Assembly (NCBI RefSeq): GCF_000195755.1
Contig: NC_005863.1
Location: 170,302-202,301 of the forward strand
Origin: Nitratidesulfovibrio vulgaris str. Hildenborough
Lineage (GTDB): Bacteria; Desulfobacterota; Desulfovibrionia; Desulfovibrionales; Desulfovibrionaceae
DNA length: 32,000 nucleotides
Direction: 5' to 3'
Positions 11,364-20,200 of the stretch are shown one piece after another. The notes beneath the pieces are model-generated. The model was not told where the DNA came from. It saw only the letters and a list, made by a program, of their open reading frames with translations, and searched no databases. Both the position numbers and the translations under genes were made by a program. The number at the start of each line of letters is the position of its first letter. Position 1 is the stretch's first letter.

Positions 11364-13529
11364 CTAGAATTCATATTTGATTTGCAGACTGCCCGTCACG
11401 CCCTCGCGCCTACCCACGGCATTCTGCACGCCGAGGTCAAAGGACACGGGTAACGATGCCAACGGCGTGTACATAAGCCCCAGTTCACCGATGCCCGTAT
11501 CGCCGCCCATGGATGGTGCCTCCATGGCATACCCGTTGGTGCTGGCGCGGGCCGTGCCGTCAAACTCATGCTCATATGCCGCGCCTATGTAGGGGACGAT
11601 ATGTTCAGTCACCATGTAACTGAAGCGCGAACCGAGACGCAGACGGTTGGAGTCCACATCCTTGAAGTCGATGGGGTCGCCGGTGGACAGCTTGACGGAG
11701 TCGCCCTCCTGCCGTGTCCAGAAATACTTGCCATGGATATCAAGCGAAGCATTCTCCGTCATGCTCCAGACATAGCCGGTTCCCATATGCAAACCGTAAT
11801 ACATGGATGACGAATCGTATTCAGCGCTACGCCCGGAGGCATCGCGCAGGTCGGAACTCTCGTATTCGTTATGCAGCTCACCCACCCGGGCAGAGGCTTC
11901 GACATAGACATGGCCGGGGCCGGTATCGGCCAAATCCATGCGGCCGAGAACGCCACCGCCGAAGTAGCGGGTGCTGCCGTCCCCTTCGACCGATGCGGCG
12001 TCGCTGAACGAATTGTAGGTGTTGTATGAGCCGGTACCGTATTCGAGAAACGGCCCGAACGTCAGGCGACCGAGCGGGACATCGGCTCCCCAGGCCAGAC
12101 CTGCCATAAGGGATGCGCTGTGCATGTCCACATGCGAACCGGTGTTGTAGCGCACGGAACCGCCCGAGAGGGCGCCGAACCCGGCAGGGGCCCCGCCGCC
12201 AGCAGCCGACCCGCCTTTGGCGGCAGAGACGGCAGAGTCCATGCCCTGCCCGGCTGCCACGTCGGCAGCTTGCGTCACCATGCCCATGCCGGAGACAAAG
12301 CCCTCTGAAAGCGTCTTGGTCTGTTCGTTCACTGCGGGCACCGCATCTGTGGATACCGTGGCTAGCAGCCTGTTGTCTTCGGTTGCCAGATCAAATTTGT
12401 ACACCAAGGTCACACCCTGCATGCCCGTACCGCGCGCTGTGGAGTTGAGGCCGCCATTCGTGACCAACGTTCCGGCGTCAATGAGTGTTATGGTGTCGCC
12501 TACCTGCAGGGGCGAAGAACCGCCGTCAATTCCCACGTTGACGGTGGAAGACCGCCCAGCGCTGCCAGTCAGGTCTGCAGTGCCCGTCACATTCAGCACT
12601 GTATCCCCCGCTGACAAGGAGGAAGGAAGATAGAAGTTGACATACTGGAAATTGGAAAGACTCGCCACATCCAGCCCGGCGGTCTTCACATTCAGGGTAT
12701 TGCCGCTGAAGGCATCACCATCGGTTTTCATACCTAAATAGCCACCATAGAGACGTGCGGTTGCCAGATTCGGGGCACCGCTGATGGTCACGACATTGTT
12801 CGTGACCTGTCCCGTGCCATAGTGCGTGTCGACATACCCGCCAAAAACATCATCTATGGTGCCGCCGCTGATATTGATGGTGTTTCCGGATACGGTATGG
12901 GGTCCCGCCCCAAAGTTGGCACCGGCATACCCGCCATAAACGCCGTATATGGTACCTTCGTTGATGTTGACGGTATTTCCGGAGGCCGTAGCGACGCATG
13001 GTCCTGTCATGCTGGCTACATACGCGAATCCGCCGTATACACTACGCGCTGTCCCGCCGTTGACGGTCACGGTGTTATCGGAAGCCGTCATCGAGAAGGC
13101 ATTTACGTTTCGTGCAAACCCACCATAGACATCGATACTGTTGCTGCCCGAGAATGCAGACCCTATTGTCACTGCATTGCCGCTTGAGGCTACATCACTA
13201 TCTACCGTACCGTTATAATAGCCACCACAGATGCCTAAATCGACAACACCACCATTGATATTGACGATATTTCCAGATGAATAAACATTCTCCGCGTGGC
13301 TCGCTAGATTGTTTGTCCCGCCAATGCTTATAGGGCCGTTCAAGAAGGGAGCATTGCCTATGACATCCCTATAGTTCGATGCATAATCGACAGTAGCCGA
13401 TACGCCATGCTTCGGGACCAAAAAGACGAACCCGACAGAGGCAACGGCAAGAATGAGAAGGACGACACGAGACAGCGATGGTAACGCCACGTCGCGTAAC
13501 AACACGTTAACATGTCTGAGAATAAACAT
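11364..13529 (-). CDS. Autotransporter (type Va) outer-membrane protein or adhesin
   Basis: 721 aa with a hydrophobic N-terminal signal-like segment. The passenger has about 6 tandem ~31-aa repeats (SGN[TA]V.I.GGT...VYGGY...). The C-terminal ~270 aa alternate in a beta-barrel-like pattern and end ...GSLQIKYEF (terminal Phe). GGAG lies 7 nt upstream of ATG 13529. Confidence 0.85.
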   Translation of the reverse strand: MFILRHVNVLLRDVALPSLSRVVLLILAVASVGFVFLVPKHGVSATVDYASNYRDVIGNAPFLNGPISIGGTNNLASHAENVYSSGNIVNINGGVVDLGICGGYYNGTVDSDVASSGNAVTIGSAFSGSNSIDVYGGFARNVNAFSMTASDNTVTVNGGTARSVYGGFAYVASMTGPCVATASGNTVNINEGTIYGVYGGYAGANFGAGPHTVSGNTINISGGTIDDVFGGYVDTHYGTGQVTNNVVTISGAPNLATARLYGGYLGMKTDGDAFSGNTLNVKTAGLDVASLSNFQYVNFYLPSSLSAGDTVLNVTGTADLTGSAGRSSTVNVGIDGGSSPLQVGDTITLIDAGTLVTNGGLNSTARGTGMQGVTLVYKFDLATEDNRLLATVSTDAVPAVNEQTKTLSEGFVSGMGMVTQAADVAAGQGMDSAVSAAKGGSAAGGGAPAGFGALSGGSVRYNTGSHVDMHSASLMAGLAWGADVPLGRLTFGPFLEYGTGSYNTYNSFSDAASVEGDGSTRYFGGGVLGRMDLADTGPGHVYVEASARVGELHNEYESSDLRDASGRSAEYDSSSMYYGLHMGTGYVWSMTENASLDIHGKYFWTRQEGDSVKLSTGDPIDFKDVDSNRLRLGSRFSYMVTEHIVPYIGAAYEHEFDGTARASTNGYAMEAPSMGGDTGIGELGLMYTPLASLPVSFDLGVQNAVGRREGVTGSLQIKYEF

Positions 13530-14007
13530 TTACTGCTCCAGATGCTTTCTTTGATTTCCATATCAACGATATTGGACATAGAATATGCGCTTTGCATATA
13601 TTCGATGCGACTCTATCAAGACTTGGAAGGACATTTCCCTGACTTTGGCATCACCATACTGCCTTGCACTTCAATGCAAAGCCAAATGACAACATGACGT
13701 ACAGCGGCTCAACATGGTGATGAACAAGTGACAAGCAACGTTGCATGCCAGATGCATGGTGAATGCCTTGGGGTGCGATGGATGTCGTCTTGTATTCCAT
13801 GATTGCTGTGTTCAATACTTTTTCCCGCACTTCCTTAATCCATCCATGGCTGTCCGTCTGTCCGTGAAAACACGTACAGGGCAGCATTCAAGAACGTTGG
13901 AAGAACGACTCCGTCGCCTGCCTCGTTCGCCATTCCGAGGACTCGGCCGTCCCGACTCCATGTACCCCGGCTATCCGTCCATGACGCAGGCCGAGGGCGC
14001 CTTCGCC

Positions 14008-14330
14008 ATGCGAAAGGACAGAGTCGCCGAGGCGAAGGTTTCGGGACTCTCAGGCAGGCCGAAGCCGGGATGACGCCAGCTTCCCTGTGCCGACGGCACG
14101 GGATGTCCGACGCGGCGTTTACAGGTGGCGCGGCAGGTACGGCGGACGGGACGCGACCGAGGCGCGTCGCCGGAAGGGGCCTGAAGGGGCCTGAAGAGGA
14201 GAAACAGCGCCTGAAGCGACGCGTGGCCGGGCAGACCCATGGACTCCATGTACGCAAGGACGTTCAGGAAAAAACAGGTAGAGCCCGCCGAGCGCCGAAT
14301 CGGCACCGGGCGGGGGACGGTCAGCTGAAC
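14008..14330 (+). pseudogene. Decayed IS3-family transposase orfA remnant (no orfB)
   Basis: Stitching three frames gives MRKDRVAEAKVSG|TLRQAEAGMTPASLCRRHGMSDAAF|YRWRGRYGGRDATEARRRKGPE..EEEKQRLKRRVAGQ..., the HTH plus leucine-zipper pattern of IS3 OrfA. Frameshifts occur near 14048, near 14117 (-1) and near 14270, and a 10-bp tandem duplication AAGGGGCCTG sits at 14174-14193. No DDE domain follows. Confidence 0.65.
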
Positions 14331-14484
14331 ACAAGCACCCCCTCCGATGGAGGGGGACAGCTCAAGAATGGCACAAAGCCTGCGATAGCAGGTAGAAACG
14401 GTGACCAGAGGCCTTACAGGCCGAATGCCGGGCATAACCCGTAGCAGGGGGACGCCCCCCCTCACCCGGTCACCGGTCAGCCCC

Positions 14485-16032
14485 CTACCCCTTGGCGCGT
14501 TCCGACGCCACCAGCGGCGCAAGCCCCCACTGGCGGATGCGGTAGCCCATCTGCCGTGGCGTGAGGCCCAGTTCACGGGCGGCCTTGTGCTGTATCCAGC
14601 CGTTGCGTCGCAGCGCAGCCAGCAACTCGCCCTGTTCGACCTCGCGCAGCGAGGGCGGCACGGCAAGCCCCGCCCGCATCTGCCCGTCATCGCCCGCGGG
14701 TGCCTGTTCGAGCAGCGATTCGACGAAGCGTCTGTCCGCCAGCGTGCCGTCGGTGAGAATGGCCATGCGTTCGATGAGGTTCTCCATCTCGCGCACGTTG
14801 CCGGGCCATGCGTAGCGTTGCAGAAGCTCGAGCGCATCGGGTGCCAGCACGAGGCTGCGCCCGTAGTCGCGGGCGACCTTGGCGAGAAAGTGGTTGAGCA
14901 GCCCGGTGATGTCTTCGGGGCGTTCGCGCAGGGGCGGCACCCGGATGGGGAAGACGCACAGGCGATAGTAGAGGTCCTGCCTGAACCTTCCGGCATCCAC
15001 CTGCGCCGCGAGGTCGCGGTTGGTGGCAGCCACGATGCGCACGTTGACCCGGCGCGTCCTGTTGCTGCCAAGCCGCTCGAACTCGCGTTCCTGCAACACC
15101 CGCAAGAGCTTGGCCTGAATACCGGGCGGCAACTCGCCGATCTCGTCGAGGAAGACCGTGCCCTCGTGCGCCTCTTCGAAGCGGCCCATACGGGCGGAGA
15201 CAGCCCCGGTGAACGCGCCCTTCTCGTGGCCGAAAAGCTCGGCCTCGAGCAGCGATTCGGGGATGGAGGCGCAGTTGACCTTGATGAACGGGTGATGCTC
15301 GCGCTCTGACAGCGTATGCACCAGCCGTGCGATGAGCGTCTTGCCCACCCCGGATTCGCCGAGCAGCAGCACCGTCGCCCGCGTGCCCGCCACCCGCTGG
15401 ATGTAGCGCTGCACCTCTGCCATGGCGCCGCTGCGCCCCACGATGAAGTCGCCGCGCGAATCGAGCACCCGCGTCCGCAGCTGCATGTTCTCGCGCCGCA
15501 GGGCGCGTTCGCGGGCGGCGACCTGCTCGTTGAGGCTCAGGAACTGCGCCACCAGCGTGGCGACCACTTCGAGGAACTCGATGTCTTCGGCGCAGGAGAC
15601 CGCGTCACCGAACAGCCTGTCCACGTTCAGCACGCCCACGGGCCGCCCCTTGCTGAGGATGGGCACCCCGAGGAACGAGACCTTGCCGCGTTCCACGCGG
15701 CGTGCCCCGGTGCGGTCGAGAAAGAGCGGGTCGTTGCGCACGTCGCGCACGAGGTAGGGCCGCCCGGTGCTGAAGATGGTGCCCGTCACCCCCTCGTCGA
15801 GGCGGTAGACGCCGCGTTCCTGTTCCTCGCGCGAGAGGCCGTGCGACGCCGCGATGACCAGTTGCCCCGTCTCGCCGTCCAGCAGCGTGATGGTGCCGCG
15901 CTGCATGGCGAGGGTCTCTGCCAGCACGCGCAAGGTCTCGGTGAGGGCGTCCTCAAGCTGCAACGCCCGGTCGATGACGTTGCTGATGGCGCGCAGGGCC
16001 TTGAGTTTGAGAGCGTGTACGGTGCATGTCAT
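14485..16032 (-). CDS. Sigma-54-dependent transcriptional activator (GAF - AAA+ - Fis HTH; NifA/FhlA-like)
   Basis: 515 aa with an N-terminal GAF-like domain ([18 protein letters not shown]...[20 protein letters not shown]). It also has Walker A GESGVGKT, the GAFTGA sigma-54 contact loop (EKGAFTGA), and the C-terminal [24 protein letters not shown]. Confidence 0.92.
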   Translation of the reverse strand: MTCTVHALKLKALRAISNVIDRALQLEDALTETLRVLAETLAMQRGTITLLDGETGQLVIAASHGLSREEQERGVYRLDEGVTGTIFSTGRPYLVRDVRNDPLFLDRTGARRVERGKVSFLGVPILSKGRPVGVLNVDRLFGDAVSCAEDIEFLEVVATLVAQFLSLNEQVAARERALRRENMQLRTRVLDSRGDFIVGRSGAMAEVQRYIQRVAGTRATVLLLGESGVGKTLIARLVHTLSEREHHPFIKVNCASIPESLLEAELFGHEKGAFTGAVSARMGRFEEAHEGTVFLDEIGELPPGIQAKLLRVLQEREFERLGSNRTRRVNVRIVAATNRDLAAQVDAGRFRQDLYYRLCVFPIRVPPLRERPEDITGLLNHFLAKVARDYGRSLVLAPDALELLQRYAWPGNVREMENLIERMAILTDGTLADRRFVESLLEQAPAGDDGQMRAGLAVPPSLREVEQGELLAALRRNGWIQHKAARELGLTPRQMGYRIRQWGLAPLVASERAKG

Positions 16033-17120
16033 GGGGCGGATGAAGCAATAGCCGTGCCTCGCCCGGTGGCGTGCGCGTCACGGGCCATGAAGCGCCGACA
16101 GCACACCGGGCAACCCCCTGATATGAGGCGGATGTCAGGCCGTTACGCGCCGGATGCCGGGGCACATGCGAGGTACGCCCGCCCACGCCCGCGTACGACA
16201 GGGGTCGGCGGGAGATGCCTGCGCGGGGTCGAGCCCGGGCCTGTGCTCACAAAAAAAGCAAATATCGCGAATCAAAAATGACGCAAATGTCATCGACTCT
16301 GATGGGAACGTGACCGCCCTTCGCGCCCGCCTCCCCTGTGCGCCTGACCTTCGTACTTGGCCGACCTGGGTGCTTGGCCGGTCGCCGCATTCGCCGACCT
16401 TCGGCCTGACCGGTCGCCCCACTCCCGTGCCACGGGTCGCCCCTTGCACCCCGGACTCGCCCGCATCACGCCATCCTGCACCGAAGGGATAGGCAGTGAA
16501 GGCCGGGGGAGATGAGAAGAGAGGCAGAGACACGCCAGCCCCTGCGCAGGGGAATGCAGGGCACGCCCGGACAAGCTGCCCGCCATGCCCCGTCGCTTCC
16601 GACCCGCCCCCATCGCACAGGTAGCCCTTCGCGCCCCCGCGTCACCTCGCCAGCCGGATGGAATGAAGGCCCACGTCTACACGGCTATCCGTCGAAAACG
16701 ACTTTACGGATGGTGCTGTCCGACCTATCACGAAAAGGTGCATAAGGACGGGTGCATGACGCACCGCAGGTGCCCGCTGGCCGAGGGATGACGAGAGGAC
16801 TGTGGGCCGATGGCGGGAATACGCGTGCCGATGACGCAAGGGGAGTGCGCGGGTGCTGTCGCAAGACATACGGCGGTGTCCCGGCATGTGTGCTGCCCGC
16901 CCCACCCGCCGCCATCCTGCCCGCCAGCATCCGGCATGACGGGGCGGTAAACGGCATGACGCGCCAGCAACCGGCCCACAACATGCTGCATGGCGTGGCG
17001 GTAACCGGCATTCTCCCATGACGCCGGGCGTATCGGGAAGGTCGGCGTGTCCGGCAGGCTTGGCGTATCGGGCGGGTCCGCACGTCGCCACCTCGCGGCA
17101 ACGCCGCGCACGCCAGTCCA

Positions 17121-17152
17121 TACTTCGGCGCATCCGTACTTCGGCGCATCCG
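17121..17152. repeat. Perfect 16-bp tandem duplication TACTTCGGCGCATCCG x2 (candidate upstream activator site)
   Basis: Two exact adjacent copies (17121-17136 and 17137-17152) lie 36-67 bp upstream of the -24 element of the sigma-54 promoter. Confidence 0.5.
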
Positions 17153-17187
17153 TCGAGTACCCGTTGAGCACATCCGTCCCGCACCAT

Positions 17188-17203
17188 TGGCCCCCTTCTT
17201 GCT
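17188..17203 (+). promoter_or_regulatory. Sigma-54 (-24/-12) promoter
   Basis: TGGCCCCCTTCTTGCT matches TGGCAC-N5-TTGCW, with exact GG-N10-GC spacing. It lies 45 nt upstream of the ATG at 17248, which has an AGGGAGA SD, and a sigma-54 activator gene is divergently placed. Confidence 0.6.
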
Positions 17204-17247
17204 GTGACGCAGGGCGCGAACATCCATATCAGCCCAGGGAGAACACC

Positions 17248-20200
17248 ATGTCACCACTTCGCAACGTCGGCGGCGTCCCGCAACCCGCGCAGGGCACGGG
17301 CATTTCGGCCTCGGTGGGCAGACTCGGCCCCCACAGCGTGCAGATTGGCACCAACCCGCCCGTGCGCCTCGACCAGATACGTGGCAACGATGTTCCCTTT
17401 GCGGGCTTCCGCACTGCCACCAGAGTTGCCAGTGCCAAGACGGGAGCCCGCCAGAACGCCGCCAGCGCCCTGCGCGCCCTCGGCACCACGGGCGGCGCGT
17501 TCGACGTGGCGGGCATTCTGGGGTCGTGCAAGGCACTCCAGACGCATCTCGACCGCCTCCAGCGGCACGGCGAGATTCACGGCAACATGGACGACGCCGC
17601 CATGGCAGCCTTCGCGCCGGAGGTGGAGAGCCTCTCCAACACCGAACTCGCCAACGTCTACCAGCGCCTTCTCTCGCCGGAGACGGCCCTTCTGCGCCGC
17701 GCCCTGCAGACCGAGATTCGCCAGAACCCCCATAACGCCGACGCCCTCTCCGCATCCGCCAGCCTGTACACGCTGGAGGCGCTCGTCCTCAATGAGATCA
17801 CCAACCGGGTTGTGGTGGCGCAGGGGCTTGCCCCGGCAGACGCCGTGCCCGCACTCTCGGCCCGGTACGGCGCCGCCATCGACGGCATGGGCCAAGTGCA
17901 ACGCCACGCGGTGCAGGGCGACATGACCGCCGTCAGCCTGCATGTGCTCGCCAATGTCGCCAGCGACAGCGCGGCACGCCGCGAGAAGGTCGACGACGTG
18001 GCGCAGGACATCGTGCAACGCCGCGCCCTCGACCCCATCGACGCGCGACAGTTCGGCGACGTGCTGCGTTCCGCCGACCTCACCATCAACGTCGACCTCG
18101 GCTTCCTCTTCGGCATGTCGGGGCCGAAGCCGCTGCTCAAGGCGGGCGGCCCGTGGGAGCACCTGTTCCACTCCATCGAGGGCGCACCCGACGAGGCGGC
18201 ACGTCAGGCTGCCATCGCCGTGAAGGGCGAAGGCTACATCCTCAAGCGCGACAACGTGGAACGCGGGCTGTTCCCCGAACTGAGCGAAGACCGCCCCGCC
18301 GTGGCGAACGACCGCCCGACCTACGCCGCGCTGAACCTCTTGCGCTTCGACACCGGGCAGGCCGCCTCATACGGCACCGTGGCCCTGCACCTGAAGCCCG
18401 AAGTGGCCCGCCGCGCCACCTATACCGTGGACGACACCTTCTTCGCCCTGCGCCTGCGCCACACCGAGGCGGGCCGCGAGGCGGTGGCGGCCCTGCTGCC
18501 GGGCTGGCCCGGCATCACCCCGGAGCACAAGGCCGAGATGATGCGCCCCGGTTCGGACCTGCGCCGCCAGCTTGAAGACGTCATGGACGCCATGGCCCGC
18601 AAGGGCACGTTCAGGGGCGACCTCTTCAAGAACGAGTTGCGGCTTCCCGGCCTCGAGGACGACGAGAACAGCGCCCTCGCCGGGCTGTTCACGCGGGCCT
18701 TCAAGGACACCGACGCCACCCGCAAGGCCATGGTCACCTACGACAACCTCGAAGCCCTGCTGCCCGAACTCGGAGAGGTCGACGCCGTGCGGCTTGCCCG
18801 CGCCGCCGTGGACAGGGAGGCCGGAGGCCCCGGACGGGTGGCGACGCAGTGCAACTACATCGAAGCGCAACTGCACGGGCCACTGGTGCTCGCCCGCGAC
18901 GTGCAGGAGATCGTCATCGTCCGTGAATTCGGGGCCGACACCATCACCGACCCGGTGCAGCAGGCGTGGATGCGCGCCGTCATCGCCGTGCTGGGCGGCA
19001 AAACCCCCGAAACGGCGGACATGGACATGTTCACGCCCGCCCAGCGGGCCGACCTCGCCACCATCCGCGAACAACTTGGCGGGGCCACCATCCCCGTGCG
19101 CATCGAAGAGCAGATTCCCGAACTCGGCCTCAAGCAGGAGATTCAGGCCGAAGACCGGGTCTTCTACGCCGCGCACCTCGACCAGCCCGGCATCGACGCG
19201 CGGGTGCGCGCCATGGACGACGACGCCACCTTCAGGGGCTTCATGACCTCGGCCCTGACCACGGCGACGGGCGGTTCGTCCATCGTGCAGGTGATGGGCG
19301 ACGTACCCCTCATCCCCGACGCCGACCTCGCCGCCGTGCGCACCGCCTTCTCCGCCACGGTCGAACGCTTCCGCCATGCCCCCGAACGCGGGCAGTACGA
19401 CGAGAACGCGCTGCTGAACGACTGCATGAACCGCGTCCTGCGCGAACACGTCGGGGCCGACCGCATGGACTGCCTCGCTGCCGTCGCCGACCTCACGCCC
19501 GACCCCGCCCTGCGCGGGCGGCTGCGCGACATGGTCATGGCACAGGCCGTGCCCATGACCGGGGCGGCGTTCCGCGCCGTGGCAGCCACCGCGCTGGAAG
19601 GGGCCGCGCTGCTGCGCGACGTCACGCGGCAGGCACCCGAAGGGGAGATGACGCACGAGGCGATGGCGGCGCGTCTCGGCACCGTCGCAGGTGCGTTCAG
19701 CCAGCGCCTTGCTGCGCTGCCCGCGCACCGGGCATTGGGGGCACCGGGTGAAGCGGGCGAAGCTGGCGCGGCCCCCACCGTCGCCGAGGCCCGTGGCAGG
19801 CTGTTGCAGCAGTGCGGGGGCATGGCCTTCGCCCTTGCGGGTCTGGATGGCGACGCCACAGCCCGTGCCGCCCTCGCCGCCCGTCTGGATGCGCCCGACA
19901 TGCGCAGCCTCTCGGCGGTGACGCAACGGCTGGGCGACCCCGCACGGGGCTTCGCCGCCGACGCCGCCTTCGGGCAGGTGCAGGCGTTCAACGCGCTGCT
20001 GTCGGGCATGCGTACCGCGCTGGGCGAACAGGCCATGGCGTCCCCCGCCCCCTTCGGGCATGAACTGTCGCTCGTCCCGCCCGAAGACCGCGCACGGCTG
20101 CACGCCGCGCTACCGGGCCTTGCCGCCACCCTCGACGCCTCGTTCCCGGCGCACCCGGCCTTTCCGGTCGCCGCGCACCCCGAACGCATGCCCGTCGGCC

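Noticed and set aside
13734-13750. Sigma-54-like element on the minus strand upstream of the autotransporter (TGGCATGCAACGTTGCT)
   Set aside because: GG and GC are separated by 11 nt, not the strictly required 10, and the element lies about 210 nt from the start codon. It is probably a chance match inside the palindromic AACGTTGCATGC context.
13971-15071. 366-aa minus-strand ORF overlapping the IS remnant and the 3' part of the sigma-54 activator gene (also 14401-15309 and 15316-16281 on the plus strand)
   Set aside because: These are Arg/Pro/Ser/Cys/Trp-rich out-of-frame or antisense readings of the EBP gene. The EBP frame has Walker A, GAFTGA and Fis HTH motifs, and the alternatives have none.
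16381-16450. GTCGCC / GGTCGCCCC fragments resembling the start of the CRISPR repeat (possible orphan repeats)
   Set aside because: Only the first 8-9 nt match. The stem, the GTGGATTGAAAC tail and regular spacing are all absent. It is best explained by GC-rich low-complexity sequence.
17047-17247. 67-aa N-terminal extension (GTG start) of the large effector-like ORF
   Set aside because: It contains the sigma-54 promoter and the SD for ATG 17248, and its translation is His/Pro/Arg/Ser-rich. The evidence is indirect, so the start should be confirmed experimentally.
16642-17755. Overlapping minus-strand ORFs of 147-356 aa in the EBP-effector spacer
   Set aside because: They are extremely Arg/Pro/Gly/Cys/Trp-rich and mutually overlapping in several frames. 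They run antisense into the start of the effector gene and have no SDs or motifs, so I treated the spacer as non-coding.
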